From assembly GCA_043228905.1 (NCBI GenBank), contig JBHGNT010001022.1, forward strand, positions 1-12,857: a DNA stretch of 12,857 bases, written 5' to 3'. The notes beneath the pieces were generated by a model. It was given only the letters and a program-made list of their open reading frames with translations, was not told where the DNA came from and searched no databases. Within the stretch, counting starts at the first letter, position 1. Every line of letters starts with the position of its first letter. The DNA is from Azolla caroliniana. Its lineage: Eukaryota; Plantae; Polypodiophyta. This document shows, one piece after another, positions 10,187-12,857 of the stretch. The position numbers and the translations under genes were made by a program.

Positions 10187-11365
10187 TGTCGTGATGTGGT
10201 GTGCTCGAGAGTGGGAAAAACCGGCGAAAGGGGGGTCAAAATGTGCATGTGCAATATGTGTGCACACAAAGACGATTAATTGTGCATATGCAAAATAAAA
10301 AGGAAAAGAAAGGGTGGAAAGGAGGTATAGAAGTTTGTGCAAAAAGTAAGAGAGAGGAGAGATGAAAGGTAGAGGGGAGATAGGCTAATAATTTATAGAG
10401 ATAGAATTATATATTATATAAGAGAGAGTTAGTGGGCTCTTCATCTTTTTATTCACCACTTCTCTTCATCTCATACCCCTTCATCACCCCATCGCCACGT
10501 GCTCGTCTTCTTCTCGTCGGCACTCGAAGTGCTCGTGAGCCCAAGTTTGTTGGTTCGACGTTGCTCCGCCCCGTTCGTCGTTGCGAGCCCGTGTGCTCGC
10601 CATTCGGGAGGTCGTGGTTCATTGGGATTGGCATTTTGGTGGTGCTCTTGTGTTCATCTTCGTCGTGTTCGAATTTGCTTTTGTCTCTTAAGGGCATTTA
10701 ATATTTATGTTTTGATTGAGCTTGTGGTTAACTATAAGTTGTCATTGTAAACAAAACCCTATTTTATAAAGGGTCCTCTTGCATTGGAATCGAACACGTA
10801 TTTATCTCTTTGGTCGATATCATTCGTGTTTCTTTCTCTCCTTCTTTCTTTATTCGTGTCTTCCTTGTACGTTTGGCCATCTTGTGACGAGGGAGCGTTT
10901 CGGGTGTGCCTATGCACCTCTCCTCCTCATAAAGACGTACAAGCATTTGTGCGTGTGTTTGTGTCTTCCGTGTACGTTCGACTATCTTGTGACGAGGGGA
11001 CCGTTCGGGCTTGCCCATACACCTCTCCTCCTCATAAAGGCGTACGAGCGTTTGTGCGTGTGTTTGTGTCTTCCGTGTACGTTTGACCGTCTTGTGACGA
11101 GGGGACCATTCAGGCTTGCCCATGCACCTCTCCTCCTCATAAAGGCGTACGAGCATTTGTGCATGTGTTTGTGTCTTTCTTGTACGTTCGGCCGTCTTGT
11201 GACGAGGGGATCGTTCGGGCTTGCCCATGCACCTCTCCTCCTCATAAAGGCGTACGAGCATTTGTGTGTGTGTTTGTGTCTTCCTTGTACGTTCGGTCGT
11301 CTTGTGATGAGGGAGTGTTTCGGGCATGCCCATGCACCTCTCCTCCTCATAAAGATGTACGAGCA

Positions 11366-11413
<48 letters not shown>

Positions 11414-11900
11414 CCTTGTACGTTTGGTCGTCTTATGAAGAGGGACCGTTTCGGGCTTGCCCATGCACCTCTCCTCCTCATAAAGGCGTACGAGCATTTG
11501 TGTGTGTGTGTGTGTGTGTGTTTGTGTCTTCCTTGTACGTTCGGTCGTCTCGTGACGAGGGAGCGTTCGGGCTTGCCCATGTACCTCTCCTCCTCATAAA
11601 GACGTACAGACATTCGTGTTTGTGTTATCATCCCCTTGTGCGTTCATGTTGCATGCTCATCTTGCTTGTACCCGTTTGGTCACTTGGCTCGTGTGGTGAT
11701 CTCGAAAGGTCGACAAATCGTGATCAACGAGAGCCACCGGCCTCACAAAACAAAGGGCAACAAGACCTTGCTCGGGAAGGGGTCAAGAAGTAGTATTGTC
11801 GTAAAGCAAACCTCGGGTCTTCTCTATCCCTTGAGTACTCCCTAGTCCAAGACCCCCGTGGTCCCACCCAAGTAACACACGTGCGCGAAACTTTGCGACA
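10187..11900. mobile_element. 1,714-bp solo-LTR-like insertion nested in the LINE RT
   Basis: Termini TGTCG...CGACA (TG..CA with a 5-bp inverted repeat). Removing it plus 4 nt (11901-11904) rejoins the LINE frame as ..QNATSR|VMHNGG... The flanking 4-mers GCGT/ATGT would be a decayed TSD. TATA-like tracts at 10408-10421 and 10765-10770. No gag/pol similarity seen. Confidence 0.85.
10856..11626 (+). repeat. Tandem array of seven ~105-bp units inside the insertion
   Basis: Unit starts at 10856, 10961, 11066, 11171 and 11276 (exact 105-bp period), then ~11407 and 11524, lengthened by (TG)22 at 11368-11411 and (TG)11 at 11499-11520. Invariant core ACCTCTCCTCCTCATAAAG. Confidence 0.97.
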
Positions 11901-11904
11901 ATGT

Positions 11905-12857
11905 GTGATGCATAATGGCGGAGTTACTCCGAAAGTGTTTCTTACTAGATTTGTGCGACAATGATGTCCACTAAGCCCATTGTTATTTACTATTGTTACA
12001 CATCCTTTGTTAGTAATGTTGTCAAATCTTGCAGCTAATGATGATATTGTGGGTTTGCATATTCCTTCTGGTGAACAATTGGTAGCACAAGCATTGGCTG
12101 ATGATTCTTTTATGTTTTTACAAGCCTCAAAAGAAAATCTTGAAATGAGTATGCAAGTTTGGGATCAAATTGCTTTGGCTTTAGGGATCGAGCATTGGAG
12201 GAAGTCTTGCCTTATTTCTTGTACGGAGAGTGATTTGGAATGTTTGGGATGGTGAGGGTTAGTGATTACACAAGGATCAATTTATCGACATTTGGGTGTT
12301 GATGTTACAAATGTTCAATTAATTGATTGGATTGGTCGTAAATTGAAGGACACATTTGTGGATTGGAAGTCTCAATTATGACCCTTTCATGTACGACTCA
12401 AAGTGGTACAATGTATCTTGATACCTAGCTTATTATATTTTTTGCCTTTACTACCTTGGACTAAGAAGGCATTACAAAACATTTTACAACCTATTCGGGT
12501 CATGTTGTGGCGGAAGGGAGAAATGATGGGAGTTACATGGATTTCATGGGACCATTTGGCTACCCCTAAAAGGTTAGGTGGTGCAACAATATTGGATTTG
12601 GAAAGGCATTTGATGGCTCTTAGATTTTCATTATTACGAGATATATGTCAACAAGATCAACCATGGATATCTATGATGCAATATTTTATTGAGCATGAAG
12701 GATTGGTGCTTGGGAAAACAAAGATTCAAGCATCCTGGTGGTCATTACTCAATGGAAGTATTCCTCTAAAGATTCGACATTCTGTATGTGGACAACATTT
12801 GATAAGATCGTGGCAAGATGCATTATCTATTTTTGAATGGGGACCATCAAGTGATCG
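11905..12857 (+). pseudogene. L1-type LINE ORF2 remnant, 3' part of RT and downstream region (runs off the window)
   Basis: VRQ*CPLSPLLF (the RQGCPLSP motif with a stop at 11962), ALADDSFMFL (catalytic xADD), YRHLGV and WISWDHLATPKRLGG. Further stops at 12253 and 12379. Confidence 0.95.

Noticed and set aside
10878-10935. Hammerhead ribozyme/retrozyme-like pattern on the minus strand (ATGAGGA...CGAAACG...CGTC)
   Set aside because: The core CUGANGA has A in place of the conserved C, stem I does not pair, and GAAAC is present in only three of seven units. An Infernal hammerhead search would settle it.
10856-11626. CRISPR-like array
   Set aside because: Units are similar along their whole length with no unique spacers, there are no cas genes, and the context is eukaryotic.
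10764-11793. Long ORFs on both strands with 35-aa repeats (e.g. MLVRLYEEERCMGKPERSPRHKT...)
   Set aside because: They follow from a 105-bp (3n) repeat with few stops. Several frames are open at once, and the +26-nt TG expansion shifts the frame, which argues against coding selection.

Overview
Eukaryotic, almost certainly land-plant, nuclear DNA (inferred from a spliced gene with a plastid transit-peptide-like N-terminus and plant-type retroelements); nothing prokaryotic or CRISPR-like. From left to right: the decayed 3' end of a Ty3/gypsy element (integrase, PPT, probable 3' LTR, ~75-1328); a degenerate direct-repeat block (2168-2608); one intact three-exon gene (2765-2812, 2908-3025, 4499-4776) for a 147-aa protein with a C-terminal transmembrane helix; a possible decayed or non-coding spliced unit on the minus strand (~5750-7600); two inverted copies of a hAT-like MITE (7833-8089, 8787-9111); (AG)22; and a dead L1-type LINE ORF2 (9430 to window end) whose RT domain is split by a 1,714-bp TG...CA solo-LTR-like insertion (10187-11900). 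The most unusual signal lies inside that insertion: seven ~105-bp tandem units, each of which I can fold by hand into an ~80-nt plus-strand-favoured rod-like hairpin, mostly capped by a G(CUUG)C tetraloop and separated by (TG)-rich linkers. Whether this array is functional cannot be decided from the sequence alone. Most ORFs in the supplied track are artefacts.
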